Source: Firmicutes bacterium HGW-Firmicutes-12 (GTDB taxonomy: Bacteria; Bacillota; Peptococcia; DRI-13; PHAD01). Taken from it: DNA of 64,000 nt. The notes below the pieces were generated by a model, which worked only from the letters and a program-made list of their open reading frames with translations, searched no databases and was not told the origin of the DNA. Below are positions 10,673-22,436 of the stretch, in pieces (position 1 is the stretch's first letter; each line of letters opens with the position of its first letter). The position numbers were made by a program, and so were the translations under genes. Where the stretch lies: assembly GCA_002841595.1 (NCBI GenBank), contig PHAD01000001.1:1415-65414 (forward strand), given 5' to 3'.

Positions 10673-11551
10673 TCACTCGATATTTTGTACCTGCTCACGC
10701 AGTTTTTCGAGTTCACTTTTCATTTCTAAGACATATTTTGTTATTTCCAGATCATTCGCTTTCGAACCAATTGTGTTAACTTCTCGGTTTATTTCCTGAA
10801 TTAGAAAGTCAAGTTTGCGGCCAGTAGAAGCCTTTTCTTGCAATATGTCATTAAATTGATTAAAATGGCTCAGCAATCTAACCAATTCTTCATCTATACT
10901 GCTTTTATCGGCAAATAGCGCTACTTCAAGTGCTAAGCGGTTCTCATCAACTTGTTCACGTTCCAAAAGCTCCTTAAGTCTATTATGCAGTTTCTCCCTA
11001 TATTGGCTTACTACTAAAGGGCTCTTTTCTTCAATTTTCTTATGTAGTTTTTGTAAATATATTAAGCGTTCCATTAAATCAGCTGCGAGCTTCTCTCCTT
11101 CGCTATCTCTCATTGCCAGCATTACGGCAAGGGCTTTTTGCAAGACCGGCAAAACTTCCTTCCAAATATCATCCAAGTTTTCATCTGTTTCTTCAATTTT
11201 TAATACACTTGGCATATTTGCTATTTCTGCTATACCAATATTAAGCGAAGCACCGGTAATAGCTGCCAATTCCTTCATTGCTTTATAATATGCCAAGGCT
11301 AAATCTTTGTCAACTTGGACCTGTTCTTGACTGGTACTCGTATTCTCTAGCTTAAGATACACCTCTACCCGACCACGAGATATCTCCTTTAAGATATAAC
11401 GGCGAATTGTTTCTTCAAGCATAGTATATTGCCGAGGCAGTCGTATAATTACCTCACTATATCTATGATTAACTGATTTTATCTCCATTGTAACCTGCTT
11501 GATAGCCCCTGTATATTCCCCTCGACCAAAACCTGTCATGCTTCTTGTCAA
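10673..11551 (-). CDS. yicC: YicC/YloC-family endoribonuclease
   Basis: N-terminal SMTGFGRG, C-terminal DUF1732-type EINREVNTIGSKAN. Syntenic with yloC. Confidence 0.88.
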   Translation of the reverse strand: MTRSMTGFGRGEYTGAIKQVTMEIKSVNHRYSEVIIRLPRQYTMLEETIRRYILKEISRGRVEVYLKLENTSTSQEQVQVDKDLALAYYKAMKELAAITGASLNIGIAEIANMPSVLKIEETDENLDDIWKEVLPVLQKALAVMLAMRDSEGEKLAADLMERLIYLQKLHKKIEEKSPLVVSQYREKLHNRLKELLEREQVDENRLALEVALFADKSSIDEELVRLLSHFNQFNDILQEKASTGRKLDFLIQEINREVNTIGSKANDLEITKYVLEMKSELEKLREQVQNIE

Positions 11552-11663
11552 TACAGCAACCCCCAGACATTTTCTTATGTTATTCCATACAAATTATACC
11601 TCTTATTTGTACAAATATATACCCCGGCCTATTAAACTGTGAAGCGGGGATATTTTCATATCC

Positions 11664-12905
11664 CTACATTTTTGCTTTTATTCTCTCGATAGCCTTATTA
11701 GTATTTTCTCTGGTGCCAAAGCCAGTTAACCTGAAATAGCCTTCACCACTCGCACCAAAACCAGCCCCTGGTGTCCCGATAACGTTTGCCTCTTTCATCA
11801 GTTTATCAAAGTAGTCCCAGGATTTCATATTTTCAGGTGTTTTCAACCAAACATACGGTGAATTCACACCTCCGAATACTTTTAGTCCAAGTTTATCTAA
11901 AGCTACTCTGATAATTCGAGCATTTTCCATATAATAGCTAATTAATTCCTTAACCTGTTTTTTTCCTTCTTCCGAAAACACCGCTGCCGCAGCAGCTTGA
12001 ACTGGGTATGATACACCATTAAATTTAGTGCTCTGCCTTCTTACCCATAAAGAGTTAAGACTATGGGCCTCACCTAGTTTATCATATAACATCACGTCTT
12101 TTGGCACTATAGTATAGGCACATCTTGTCCCAGTGAAACCCGCAGTTTTAGATAAACTTCTAAATTCAACCGCTACCTCACGAGCACCTTCAATCTCAAA
12201 GATACTGTGCGGAACATCGGGTTCTTGTATAAAAGCTTCATATGCCGCATCAAATAGAATAATTGCTTTATTAGCCCGCGCATAATCAACCCATTCTTTT
12301 AGTTCCTCTTTGGAGAGCGTAACTCCGGTCGGATTATTAGGGAAGCATAGGTAAATCATATCAACTTTTGTACTAGGCAAAGTAGGTTTCATCCCGTTAG
12401 CCTCCGTACAAGGCAGATAAACAACGTTGTCATATTGTCCTTTTACATTCAATTCACCAGTGCGACCAGCCATAACATTGCTATCAATATAAACAGGGTA
12501 AACTGGGTCACTAACGGCTATTATATTTTCAAGACTAAATAACTCCTGAAAATTCGCTGTATCATTCTTGGCTCCATCACTTACAAATACTTCATCAATT
12601 GAAATATCTACCCCCCTAGATTTAAAATCATTCTCTACCAATTTCTCTCTTAAGAAATCATAGCCCTGTTCAGGACCATATCCCCTAAACTTTTCTGGGA
12701 TTGACATTTCATCAACAGCCTTCTTCATCGCTGCGATTACAGCAGGAGGAAGAGGCCTGGTTACATCTCCAATGCCTAAACTTATAATATCGGCTTGAGG
12801 GTTGTCCCCTTTATATACATTAACCCTCCTTGCAATTTCAGAAAAAAGATAGCTCCCAGGAAGCTTTAGATAATTCTGGTTAATATTCGCCATAACTTTA
12901 TCCAT
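11664..12905 (-). CDS. dapL: LL-diaminopimelate aminotransferase
   Basis: Class I aminotransferase with PLP-lysine motif [15 protein letters not shown]. DapL-type N-terminus [18 protein letters not shown]. Directly downstream of dapF on the minus strand (22-nt gap). Confidence 0.82.
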   Translation of the reverse strand: MDKVMANINQNYLKLPGSYLFSEIARRVNVYKGDNPQADIISLGIGDVTRPLPPAVIAAMKKAVDEMSIPEKFRGYGPEQGYDFLREKLVENDFKSRGVDISIDEVFVSDGAKNDTANFQELFSLENIIAVSDPVYPVYIDSNVMAGRTGELNVKGQYDNVVYLPCTEANGMKPTLPSTKVDMIYLCFPNNPTGVTLSKEELKEWVDYARANKAIILFDAAYEAFIQEPDVPHSIFEIEGAREVAVEFRSLSKTAGFTGTRCAYTIVPKDVMLYDKLGEAHSLNSLWVRRQSTKFNGVSYPVQAAAAAVFSEEGKKQVKELISYYMENARIIRVALDKLGLKVFGGVNSPYVWLKTPENMKSWDYFDKLMKEANVIGTPGAGFGASGEGYFRLTGFGTRENTNKAIERIKAKM

Positions 12906-12927
12906 CCTTTCTTATATATAATATAGC

Positions 12928-13776
12928 TTACTTAATAAGCGAACTGTCCAATACTTCACCACTAAACACTAACTCGGCTGGCCCCGTCATATAGATATGG
13001 TTATTATCAGCCCATTCAATATTCAAAACACCTCCGGGTAGTTCTATCTTAGCTATCTTGCCGGTTTTCTTGTTAACATGCGCTGCAACTAAGGTCCCAC
13101 ATGCTCCTGTACCGCAAGCCAGTGTTATACCGGCCCCTCTTTCCCAGATACGCATTTTCATTTCGTGGTCATTTATTACTTCAACAAAATGAACATTGGT
13201 TTTTCTTGGATATGCGGGATGTGACTCAAGTGCCGGACCATATTTTTGTAAATCTACTTTTTCAACGTCATCAACAAAGACAATGCAGTGTGGCACTCCC
13301 AATAATACACTTGTTACATTAAAGGATGTATCTAATACCTGTAGTTTTTCGTTAATAGCTTGTTTTGTATCTCCAAGCATAGGAATATCTATCCTATTTA
13401 ACGACGGCACTCCCATATCTACTGTTATGCCCTTTACTTGCCCCGCTTCTGTAACAAGTACTGGGACCATAATTCCGGCTAATGTTTCAACTGTAAATTG
13501 CAGCTGTTGAACATGTCCGTACTCGTAAACGTATCGTGCAAAACACCTAATACCATTACCGCACATCTCTGCCTCACTACCATCCGAATTAATAATCCGC
13601 ATCCTAATATCGGCCTTATCAGAAGGTAGAACAACCATTAAGCCATCTGCACCAATGCCGTAATTTCTATGGCAAAGGTTCTTGGCAGTCTCATTTAAAT
13701 TATCTGGTAGTTTTTCTCTAATTCCATCTATGATAATAAAGTCATTGCCAATCCCGTGATATTTAGTAAACTTCAT
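12928..13776 (-). CDS. dapF: Diaminopimelate epimerase
   Basis: Both catalytic-Cys motifs are present: NSDGSEAEMCGNGIRC and LACGTGACG. Confidence 0.95.
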   Translation of the reverse strand: MKFTKYHGIGNDFIIIDGIREKLPDNLNETAKNLCHRNYGIGADGLMVVLPSDKADIRMRIINSDGSEAEMCGNGIRCFARYVYEYGHVQQLQFTVETLAGIMVPVLVTEAGQVKGITVDMGVPSLNRIDIPMLGDTKQAINEKLQVLDTSFNVTSVLLGVPHCIVFVDDVEKVDLQKYGPALESHPAYPRKTNVHFVEVINDHEMKMRIWERGAGITLACGTGACGTLVAAHVNKKTGKIAKIELPGGVLNIEWADNNHIYMTGPAELVFSGEVLDSSLIK

Positions 13777-13792
13777 ATTTTCCTCCTATGTC

Positions 13793-16540
13793 TTATAAGA
13801 AAGTCAATTTCCTCTTTCTCCTGATTTTAACAGCACGATACAATCCCTGCAAGAGGGTAGTTCCAATTGAGACAGTAATTATCAAGATCCAGTGCCATAA
13901 TTCAAGTGGAATTGTATTAAAAGTCTTCTGAAAAAAAGGCAAGTAAATTACCATTAACTGCATTAATATTGAAGCCAACACTGCTCCTAGTAAATACTTG
14001 TTGGTGGCAATCCCTAACTCAAATATTGAATATCGCTCCGATCTACAATCGAATACATAGAATAACTGAATAAATACTAAGGCTGTAAAGGCCATTGTCC
14101 TAGCTAAATCTAGGTTTTTTCCCCCAGCAAAAAAACCAATTATATAAATACTTAATACCGCAATACTAATTATTGTTCCTCTTACTATGATCCTTCTAGG
14201 TAGTCCATGCGCAAAAATGCTTTCTTTTGGGCTCCGTGGTCTCCGTTGCATTACATCGGGATCTCCGGGATCTAAGCCTAAAGCTATAGCAGGCAAACCG
14301 TCAGTGACAAGATTCGTCCATAGAATTTGTATCGGTAATAGTGGCAACGGAAGTCCCAGCAAGGTTGCGATAAACATAGTTAAAACCTCACCGGCATTAC
14401 ACGATAACAAATAGCGAATGAATTTCCTGATATTATCATAAATAATACGCCCTTCCTCAATGGCTGCTACAATTGTAGCAAAATCATCATTACCTAAGAT
14501 CAAGGAAGATGCTTCTTTAGTTACATCAGTTCCCATAATACCCATCGATACACCAATATCTGCCTCTTTTACAGCTGGAGCATCATTTACACCATCTCCT
14601 GTCATAGCAACAATGTGTCCTGATTCTTTCATCAGTTTTACAATTCTCAGCTTATGCTTAGGTGATACTCTGGCGTAAACGACAGTTTGATTAATGATAT
14701 CCTTCATTTGATAATCACTCATTTTATCTAATTCTTGTCCTGTTAGAACAAGCTGCGATGGATCGGTTAATATACTTAGCTCTTTTGCCACGGCTTCTGC
14801 AGTCAATTTATGATCACCAGTTATCATCACTGTTTTTATTCCAGCCATACGACAAGTTCCGACCGCTTTCTTGGCCGATACTCGAGGCGGGTCTATCATG
14901 CCTGCCAAACTAATAAAAATAAGATTATCTTCAATTGCACTCTCATCTTCTAAGTCTATGCTTTCTGGTATTTCTCGATATGCTAAACCCAATACCCTAA
15001 GAGCTTCTGATGCCATACTTTCATTACCAAAAAGCACTTTTGCTTTTAGTTCGTCAGTTAAGGCAAGAACCTCTCCTTCCCAGTATATCCTGTTACAAAA
15101 ATTTAAGATAACATCAGGAGCACCTTTACAAAATACTGTTCTTTTCTTGCCATCTATTGCTTCATATACAACACTCATTCGCTTTCTTTCAGAATCAAAT
15201 GGTATTTCCAAAATCCTATTTTCTCTCTTATCATATTCTTCTCGCCAGATGCCGGCCTTAGCCGCGCTGACCAATAAAGCCCCTTCTGTTGGATCCCCAG
15301 ATATTTGCCAGTTGTTACCATCATTTTTACGAAATAGACCTCCAAGTGGTATATTGTTTTTCTTTAACACTGCGTTATTACATAGAGCTGCCGTTTTCAA
15401 AGCTTCTTTTAATAGGTTCCTGGTATTCTTTTCGTCCTTATCAAAGATAAATTTACCGTGAGGCTCATATCCCTCTCCCGATACACCTACCATACTTCCT
15501 GCTAAATAAAACTTTCTAACCGTCATCTCATTCTGGGTTAGTGTACCGGTCTTATCAGAACAGATCACGGTAGCGCAGCCTAAGGTTTCTACAGCGGGCA
15601 GCTCTCTTACTATAGCTTGGCGCTTTACCATTTTTTGAACACCAATTGCTAAAGCCACTGTTACAATAGCCGGTAGCCCCTCCGGGATAGCTGCAACGGC
15701 AAGACTCACACCGGTAAGAATCATAGTATAAACCGGTTCTCCGCGTAATACCCCTGCAACACTTACAATAGCTACTATTACCAGACAAATAAAGACTAAC
15801 CAGCGCCCTAGCTGGGCTAATCTCTTTTGTAATGGAGTATCCTCATCTTTTACTTGTTGAATATATCCCGCAATTAATCCCATTTCGGTATGCATCCCTG
15901 TTTCTACTACAATGCCAGAGCCTTTTCCCCTCGTAACAACCGTACCCATATATCCCATATTTCTACGATCACCCAGTGATGTTTCTTCAGTATATATTTC
16001 TTGCGGTCGTTTTTTTACTGGAACAGATTCTCCCGTGAGAGTTGCTTCACTAACCTCCAATTGACTAGCTTCAATCATCCGTAAATCTGCAGGTATAATG
16101 TCACCTGTCTCCAGCAAAACAATATCTCCGGGAATAAGTTCTTCAGCCGGAATGTTTAGAATTTGTTTATCTCTAATTACTCTTGCTTCAGGAGCAATCA
16201 TCTTTTTCAATGCTTCTAAAGAACGTTCAGCTCTGTATTCTTGCACGAATCCTAATGCTGAGTTAATTACAATTATTGCTAAAATAGTTGCGGCATCGGC
16301 ATACTCTCCTAGTAACGCCGAAACAATGGCAGCGGCTATCAATACCAATACCATAAAATCAGCAAACTGTGAAAAAAAGATGGCAAGTAAAGAAACCTTT
16401 TTCGTTTCAGTTAGTCTATTATAGCCTACAAGGGCTAACCTACGCTGTGCTTCATGCGCGTTTAACCCATTTTCTTTTTCAACAATTAAATCAGCGCTGA
16501 CTTCCTGTACCGACATGCTATACCACCTATTTTTGTCCAT
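13793..16540 (-). CDS. yloB: P-type Ca2+-transporting ATPase (YloB-like)
   Basis: DKTGTLT, TGES and MTGDGVNDAPA motifs with 10-TM topology. GGAGG lies 7 nt before ATG 16540; the ORF track starts at 16576. Confidence 0.9.
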   Translation of the reverse strand: MDKNRWYSMSVQEVSADLIVEKENGLNAHEAQRRLALVGYNRLTETKKVSLLAIFFSQFADFMVLVLIAAAIVSALLGEYADAATILAIIVINSALGFVQEYRAERSLEALKKMIAPEARVIRDKQILNIPAEELIPGDIVLLETGDIIPADLRMIEASQLEVSEATLTGESVPVKKRPQEIYTEETSLGDRRNMGYMGTVVTRGKGSGIVVETGMHTEMGLIAGYIQQVKDEDTPLQKRLAQLGRWLVFICLVIVAIVSVAGVLRGEPVYTMILTGVSLAVAAIPEGLPAIVTVALAIGVQKMVKRQAIVRELPAVETLGCATVICSDKTGTLTQNEMTVRKFYLAGSMVGVSGEGYEPHGKFIFDKDEKNTRNLLKEALKTAALCNNAVLKKNNIPLGGLFRKNDGNNWQISGDPTEGALLVSAAKAGIWREEYDKRENRILEIPFDSERKRMSVVYEAIDGKKRTVFCKGAPDVILNFCNRIYWEGEVLALTDELKAKVLFGNESMASEALRVLGLAYREIPESIDLEDESAIEDNLIFISLAGMIDPPRVSAKKAVGTCRMAGIKTVMITGDHKLTAEAVAKELSILTDPSQLVLTGQELDKMSDYQMKDIINQTVVYARVSPKHKLRIVKLMKESGHIVAMTGDGVNDAPAVKEADIGVSMGIMGTDVTKEASSLILGNDDFATIVAAIEEGRIIYDNIRKFIRYLLSCNAGEVLTMFIATLLGLPLPLLPIQILWTNLVTDGLPAIALGLDPGDPDVMQRRPRSPKESIFAHGLPRRIIVRGTIISIAVLSIYIIGFFAGGKNLDLARTMAFTALVFIQLFYVFDCRSERYSIFELGIATNKYLLGAVLASILMQLMVIYLPFFQKTFNTIPLELWHWILIITVSIGTTLLQGLYRAVKIRRKRKLTFL

Positions 16541-16642
16541 ATAAGAGCCTCCTGAATTAAGAATACTTCCTTTCATACATATTCTTAATCATTCATAAAA
16601 ATAACCCCTCCTCCTAGCAAAAACGCAATCCAAGTTATTGAT

Positions 16643-16659
16643 TGCATTATGATAATGCA
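16643..16659. promoter_or_regulatory. 17-bp perfect palindrome in the divergent ATPase/rqcH promoter region
   Basis: TGCATTAT-g-ATAATGCA, read directly from the sequence. Function unknown. Confidence 0.3.
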
Positions 16660-16727
16660 TGATAGGGATTGATAAGATATACTAGTAGTCGTAACTTTAA
16701 TATTCATTATGATTGCGAGGAAAAATA

Positions 16728-18500
16728 ATGTCATATGATGGTATAGTAATGCGTGCTGTCACCCTTGAATTAAACGAAAACCTTCAAGGTGCGCGCATCG
16801 ATAAGATATTTCAGCCAAGTAAAAATGAGCTTTATCTTAACCTCAGGCAGACAGGCCATACATACAGGCTCTTGCTTTCTGTTCTTGCTCAAGAAGCAGG
16901 AGTTTATCTCACTTCACGACCCAGTATTAACCCAACAACACCGCCACATTTCTGTATGCTTCTGCGAAAGCACTTAGAAGGAGGAAGAATTACAAATGTT
17001 TGCCAAAACAGCCTAGAACGGATCATTGAAATCACCTGCGATGTAATCAATGACTGGGGTGAACCAGCCCAACGCAAACTAATTATAGAAATAATGGGCA
17101 AGCACAGTAATATTATCTTGCTAGATCCTGCCACTGACCGTATTATTGATGCCATCCATCGTATTTCTCCGTCTATAAGTAGATACCGCCAGGTACTGCC
17201 AGGCCTTTCTTACCAAACACCTCCTCCTCAAGAAAAGCTTATCCCTTGGGAGGTTGAACAAGAAGTCTTTTACGATAAGCTCTTAAGCTATTCATTATCT
17301 CAAACACTTTATAAGGCTATTTTATCTAGTTTTATCGGCCTAGGACCACAAACTGTCGAAGAAATTATATATAGGAGCGGACTGTCGTCTAGCCTATCTA
17401 TTGAGTATTGTGGTGAATATGAATTAAATAAGCTCTGGCTTGCTTTTAATCAGTTTGCTAAGGCTATCAAGGGTGGAGACTTTTCCCCTGAAATAGTATT
17501 TTTAGATAAAAAACCACTTACTTTTTCAGCACTTGCTTTGACCCACTATTCCTCTCATTTCCGTCAGAGCTTTCCTAGTATGAATGAAGCAGTTGATAAG
17601 TACTACAATTTCAAAAAAGAAACTAATCAATTTCAACAGAAAAAAAATGACCTTAATCAGGTTATAAAAAAAGAAACCGAGCGATGTGAAAAAAAAGCAG
17701 GGTTACAGTTAAATACTATCAGCGAAGCTAAAAACTCGGATCATTACCGACTATGGGGTGAACTCCTCACTGCTAATCTTTACGCCTTAAAACCAGGAAA
17801 GGAAGCTCAGGTAAATAATTTCTATACAGAGGAAGGCCAAACAGAAATAATTCCTTTAGAAGAACACCTAACTGTCCTGGAAAATGCTCAGCGCTATTTT
17901 AATAAGTACCGCAAAGCTAAAAATGCCGCACAAAAAGCCCAGCCCCAGTATGAAGAAACCCTAGCCGAGCTTAACTACCTTTTCAGTTTGGCAACGTCCT
18001 TGGAAAATGTCGATATTCTATCAGAGATCGAGGAAATAAAAGATGAGCTTCGAGAAGCCGGCTATATAAAAACTATCATCTCGAAAAAAAGCAAAGTTAA
18101 ACCCTCTACCCCAGAAGCTACTATTCCGCTAAAACTTCTACTAGACGGATGGGATATTTATGTTGGAAGGAATAATAAACAAAACGATCAACTAGTAACA
18201 AGAATTTCCAAGCCAGAGGACCTTTGGCTCCATACAAAAGATATTCCTGGCTCGCACGTAATAATAAAAAGCCAGGGAAATACGTCTATCCCGGAGAATA
18301 TCCTCGAGAAAGCCGCTCTTCTGGCTGCTTATCATTCTAAAGCGCGTAGTTCAGCAAATGTTCCTGTTGATTATACCTTGCGTAAATATGTTTGGAAAAT
18401 TAAAGGTGCAAAACCAGGTATGGTCCATTACGAAAGTCAGCGCACAATCTATGTAACTCCAAATAAAGTCATCATAGATTCTCTCCTCGAATCTATCTAA
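16728..18500 (+). CDS. rqcH: Ribosome quality-control factor RqcH (NFACT / fibronectin-binding protein A family, YloA)
   Basis: NFACT-N domain, coiled coil and NFACT-R (DGWDIYVGRNNKQNDQLV..PGSHVIIK). GAGGAAAAATA precedes ATG 16728. Divergent from the Ca-ATPase as yloA/yloB are in B. subtilis. Confidence 0.88.
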   Translation: MSYDGIVMRAVTLELNENLQGARIDKIFQPSKNELYLNLRQTGHTYRLLLSVLAQEAGVYLTSRPSINPTTPPHFCMLLRKHLEGGRITNVCQNSLERIIEITCDVINDWGEPAQRKLIIEIMGKHSNIILLDPATDRIIDAIHRISPSISRYRQVLPGLSYQTPPPQEKLIPWEVEQEVFYDKLLSYSLSQTLYKAILSSFIGLGPQTVEEIIYRSGLSSSLSIEYCGEYELNKLWLAFNQFAKAIKGGDFSPEIVFLDKKPLTFSALALTHYSSHFRQSFPSMNEAVDKYYNFKKETNQFQQKKNDLNQVIKKETERCEKKAGLQLNTISEAKNSDHYRLWGELLTANLYALKPGKEAQVNNFYTEEGQTEIIPLEEHLTVLENAQRYFNKYRKAKNAAQKAQPQYEETLAELNYLFSLATSLENVDILSEIEEIKDELREAGYIKTIISKKSKVKPSTPEATIPLKLLLDGWDIYVGRNNKQNDQLVTRISKPEDLWLHTKDIPGSHVIIKSQGNTSIPENILEKAALLAAYHSKARSSANVPVDYTLRKYVWKIKGAKPGMVHYESQRTIYVTPNKVIIDSLLESI

Positions 18501-18515
18501 AATCGACCAAGACAA

Positions 18516-20007
<1,492 letters not shown>

Positions 20008-20016
20008 CTGCTTCTC

Positions 20017-20460
20017 CTATTTTACTTCGCTTCGAATTAGTTGCCAGGATAAAAGAATGACCCCAATAACAATAGCGGAATCTGCTATGTTAAAAACATA
20101 AGGCCAGATACCACGAAAATCAAGATAATCTACTACTAAACCGCTGTGAATTCTATCAATCAAGTTACCCATTGCTCCTCCAGCCACCAAACCTATGGTT
20201 ATGGATAGAAAGGCACTTTGTTGTCCAATTGTATAAACGAGATAGAATAGCAGTATCAAAACTACAATAGTCACAATAATAAAGAACCACTTCTTATCAG
20301 TTAAAATCCCGAAGGCTGCCCCGGGATTTTTTACGAAAGTAATATGAAAAAAACCTTTAATAACAGGGATTGTCTGTCCTAATTCCATGTAAGCCGTTAC
20401 TAAAAACTTTACTCCCCTGTCTAATATTAATACTACTATAGCAATAATCCAAAATAGCAT
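20017..20460 (-). CDS. lspA: Lipoprotein signal peptidase II
   Basis: 147 aa, 4 TM, with NPGAAFG and FNIADSAI (catalytic Asp) motifs. Confidence 0.92.
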   Translation of the reverse strand: MLFWIIAIVVLILDRGVKFLVTAYMELGQTIPVIKGFFHITFVKNPGAAFGILTDKKWFFIIVTIVVLILLFYLVYTIGQQSAFLSITIGLVAGGAMGNLIDRIHSGLVVDYLDFRGIWPYVFNIADSAIVIGVILLSWQLIRSEVK

Positions 20461-20540
20461 CTATTTACTCCATCTTTTTAGTATTTTAAGCTCTATATTG
20501 AACTCATTTTAACATAGACAATAAGTATAGTAAACTTTTC

Positions 20541-20828
20541 CTATTTCTGCAAACTGTAATTCACTAATTTTACTAAATGAGCAATAAAATCTCCGAGTAG
20601 CGGGAGATTCAACAGAACAAGTTTCTGCAAGAACCATATGACCAGAGCCCCCAGTATTGTAAACCCTATCGCCATTCCAAAACCACGAGCTAGACCAGCT
20701 ATAAAATTTGTTATCAGTAATCGTCGAGTATTATTTAGATATTCCACATATTCGGCTATTTTAAGCTTCTCCATCGCTACAGCTAACTGCTGTACTTTTT
20801 CTTCTAATTTTTCTTTTGAAATATCCAT
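20541..20828 (-). CDS. DUF5665-like small membrane protein
   Basis: 95 aa with a coiled N-terminus and two TM segments (ITNFIAGLARGFGMAIGFTILGALVIWFL). Begins 2 nt after the upstream GGDEF gene ends. Confidence 0.6.
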   Translation of the reverse strand: MDISKEKLEEKVQQLAVAMEKLKIAEYVEYLNNTRRLLITNFIAGLARGFGMAIGFTILGALVIWFLQKLVLLNLPLLGDFIAHLVKLVNYSLQK

Positions 20829-20830
20829 TG

Positions 20831-22258
20831 CTACCTCACAACCTCAAGTAAAACTTCATTTTCAATTACTTCGAGGAAAGTTTTAACAAGCTCAGGTTGA
20901 AATTGAGTGCCCGAGCATCTTACTAATTCTCGTAAAGCATCTTCTTTAGTCTTAGGAATGTTATAGTACCTGGGATTTGTCATAGTATCATATGCATCTA
21001 GTATAGAAATTATCCTACAATCCATAGGTATGTCCTTTCCGCTAATCTTTGCGGGATAACCCGTCCCATCCCACCATTCATGATGATGTAGGATTAGTCC
21101 GGATATATGAGACACCTCACCCGATCTAGAGGCAATATTATATCCTATATTAACATGTGTTCTAACTCTATTTCTCTCCTCCTGGGTTAATTCTCCTGGT
21201 TTAAAAAGAATCTCATCGGGAATTCCTATATTTCCAAGGTCATGTAGTTTTGCGAGAAGAATTAAATCTTCCTTTTCTTTTTCACCTAAATCCAGTCTTT
21301 TGGCCATTTCTTCAGCTAGAAGTGCCATTCTATCCGCATGTCCCTGGGATATATAATCTCTTTCTGATAAGGCCGAAAGAAAGAAATCAATGACTCTACC
21401 TTTTATATGAACATCTTTATTAAATTTTTGATAATACATATCATCATCAGCACGATGATAGATATCATATACAGTTTCATATTCGTTATTTTGATCCGAG
21501 GTTGCTACCCCAACGGACACACTAAGCGGTATGAAGGGGTTTTTATTATTATGATTTTCTACCGCCTCCAATATATCATTTTTCCTTTGCTGAGCAACAG
21601 TATTGGGCATATTTGGTAACAATATACAGAACTCATCTCCGCCAGCGCGTACTAGAGTATCTTCTTTGCGGATAGAGGTCTTTAATAGTTCTGCCACAAA
21701 TTTTAACTGTTTATCCCCAGCCTGATGGCCGAAGGTATCATTGACAATTTTATGACCATCTATATCTATTGATATCATACTTAAGGGTAGTACCTCACGA
21801 ATATTTCTGCTTATTCGCTTCATTTCATATTCAAAATACGAACGGTTATACAAACCTGTAAGAGTATCAAAAAAACTTAAATATCTGTACTTCTTTTCAC
21901 TTTCTTTTAACTCATGCTGTTTGTTCCTTAGTTCCTCCAGCATTTTATTAATAGAACTTCCCAGTTCCGCTACATCGTTCAAGCCGGTTATGGTAATAAA
22001 TGCCCCGGGCTCACTCTTAATTCTTATATATTCTATACCTTCATGAATTTGTCTAAGAGGATGTGAATACATTTTTTCGATATATAAGTTCATTACAAGC
22101 CCCACAATAATTCCAACGGCTGCCATAGTAAGATAAAAGTAAGATATGCTTTGTGTATTAGGCAGTTTTAGGAACAATCGGTTAGATAAACAAGCAATAA
22201 CCATGGTACACATAAATGTAATACCGGTTATTCTTAACCAATTACCCTTGTTAAACAT
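20831..22258 (-). CDS. Membrane GGDEF + HD-GYP c-di-GMP protein
   Basis: 2 TM and a linker, GGDEF intact (RAGGDEFCILL) with an RxxD I-site (RKED), and HD-GYP (LHDLGNIG, HHHEWWDGTGYP). GGAGG lies 5 nt before ATG 22258. Confidence 0.88.
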   Translation of the reverse strand: MFNKGNWLRITGITFMCTMVIACLSNRLFLKLPNTQSISYFYLTMAAVGIIVGLVMNLYIEKMYSHPLRQIHEGIEYIRIKSEPGAFITITGLNDVAELGSSINKMLEELRNKQHELKESEKKYRYLSFFDTLTGLYNRSYFEYEMKRISRNIREVLPLSMISIDIDGHKIVNDTFGHQAGDKQLKFVAELLKTSIRKEDTLVRAGGDEFCILLPNMPNTVAQQRKNDILEAVENHNNKNPFIPLSVSVGVATSDQNNEYETVYDIYHRADDDMYYQKFNKDVHIKGRVIDFFLSALSERDYISQGHADRMALLAEEMAKRLDLGEKEKEDLILLAKLHDLGNIGIPDEILFKPGELTQEERNRVRTHVNIGYNIASRSGEVSHISGLILHHHEWWDGTGYPAKISGKDIPMDCRIISILDAYDTMTNPRYYNIPKTKEDALRELVRCSGTQFQPELVKTFLEVIENEVLLEVVR

Positions 22259-22366
22259 TTTGTCCTCCAATTTTAATAGATTAATAGACCTATATTTTTA
22301 TTCAACATTTTTTTATTTTCACCTTCTACTTTTTTTTATTTTTCTTTCTTTAACTCTTGAGGACAG

Positions 22367-22412
22367 AAAAAACTAGCTGTTATTCTCATAAAACAAGAAA
22401 ATAGCAGCTAGT
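22367..22412 (-). terminator. Rho-independent terminator after the DUF711 gene
   Basis: ACTAGCTG..CAGCTAGT extended stem (22372-22412), followed on the minus strand by a U-run (A-run 22367-22371 on the plus strand). Confidence 0.7.
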
Positions 22413-22436
22413 TTACTTAATACACTAGCAAAATTA

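Noticed and set aside
14871-15461. 196-aa plus-strand ORF inside the Ca-ATPase gene. The same applies to 14187-14414, 14460-14678 and 16098-16424.
   Set aside because: It is antisense to a frame that carries every P-type ATPase motif. It is Ser/Leu/Pro-rich and low in complexity, with no SD. This is a typical shadow ORF.
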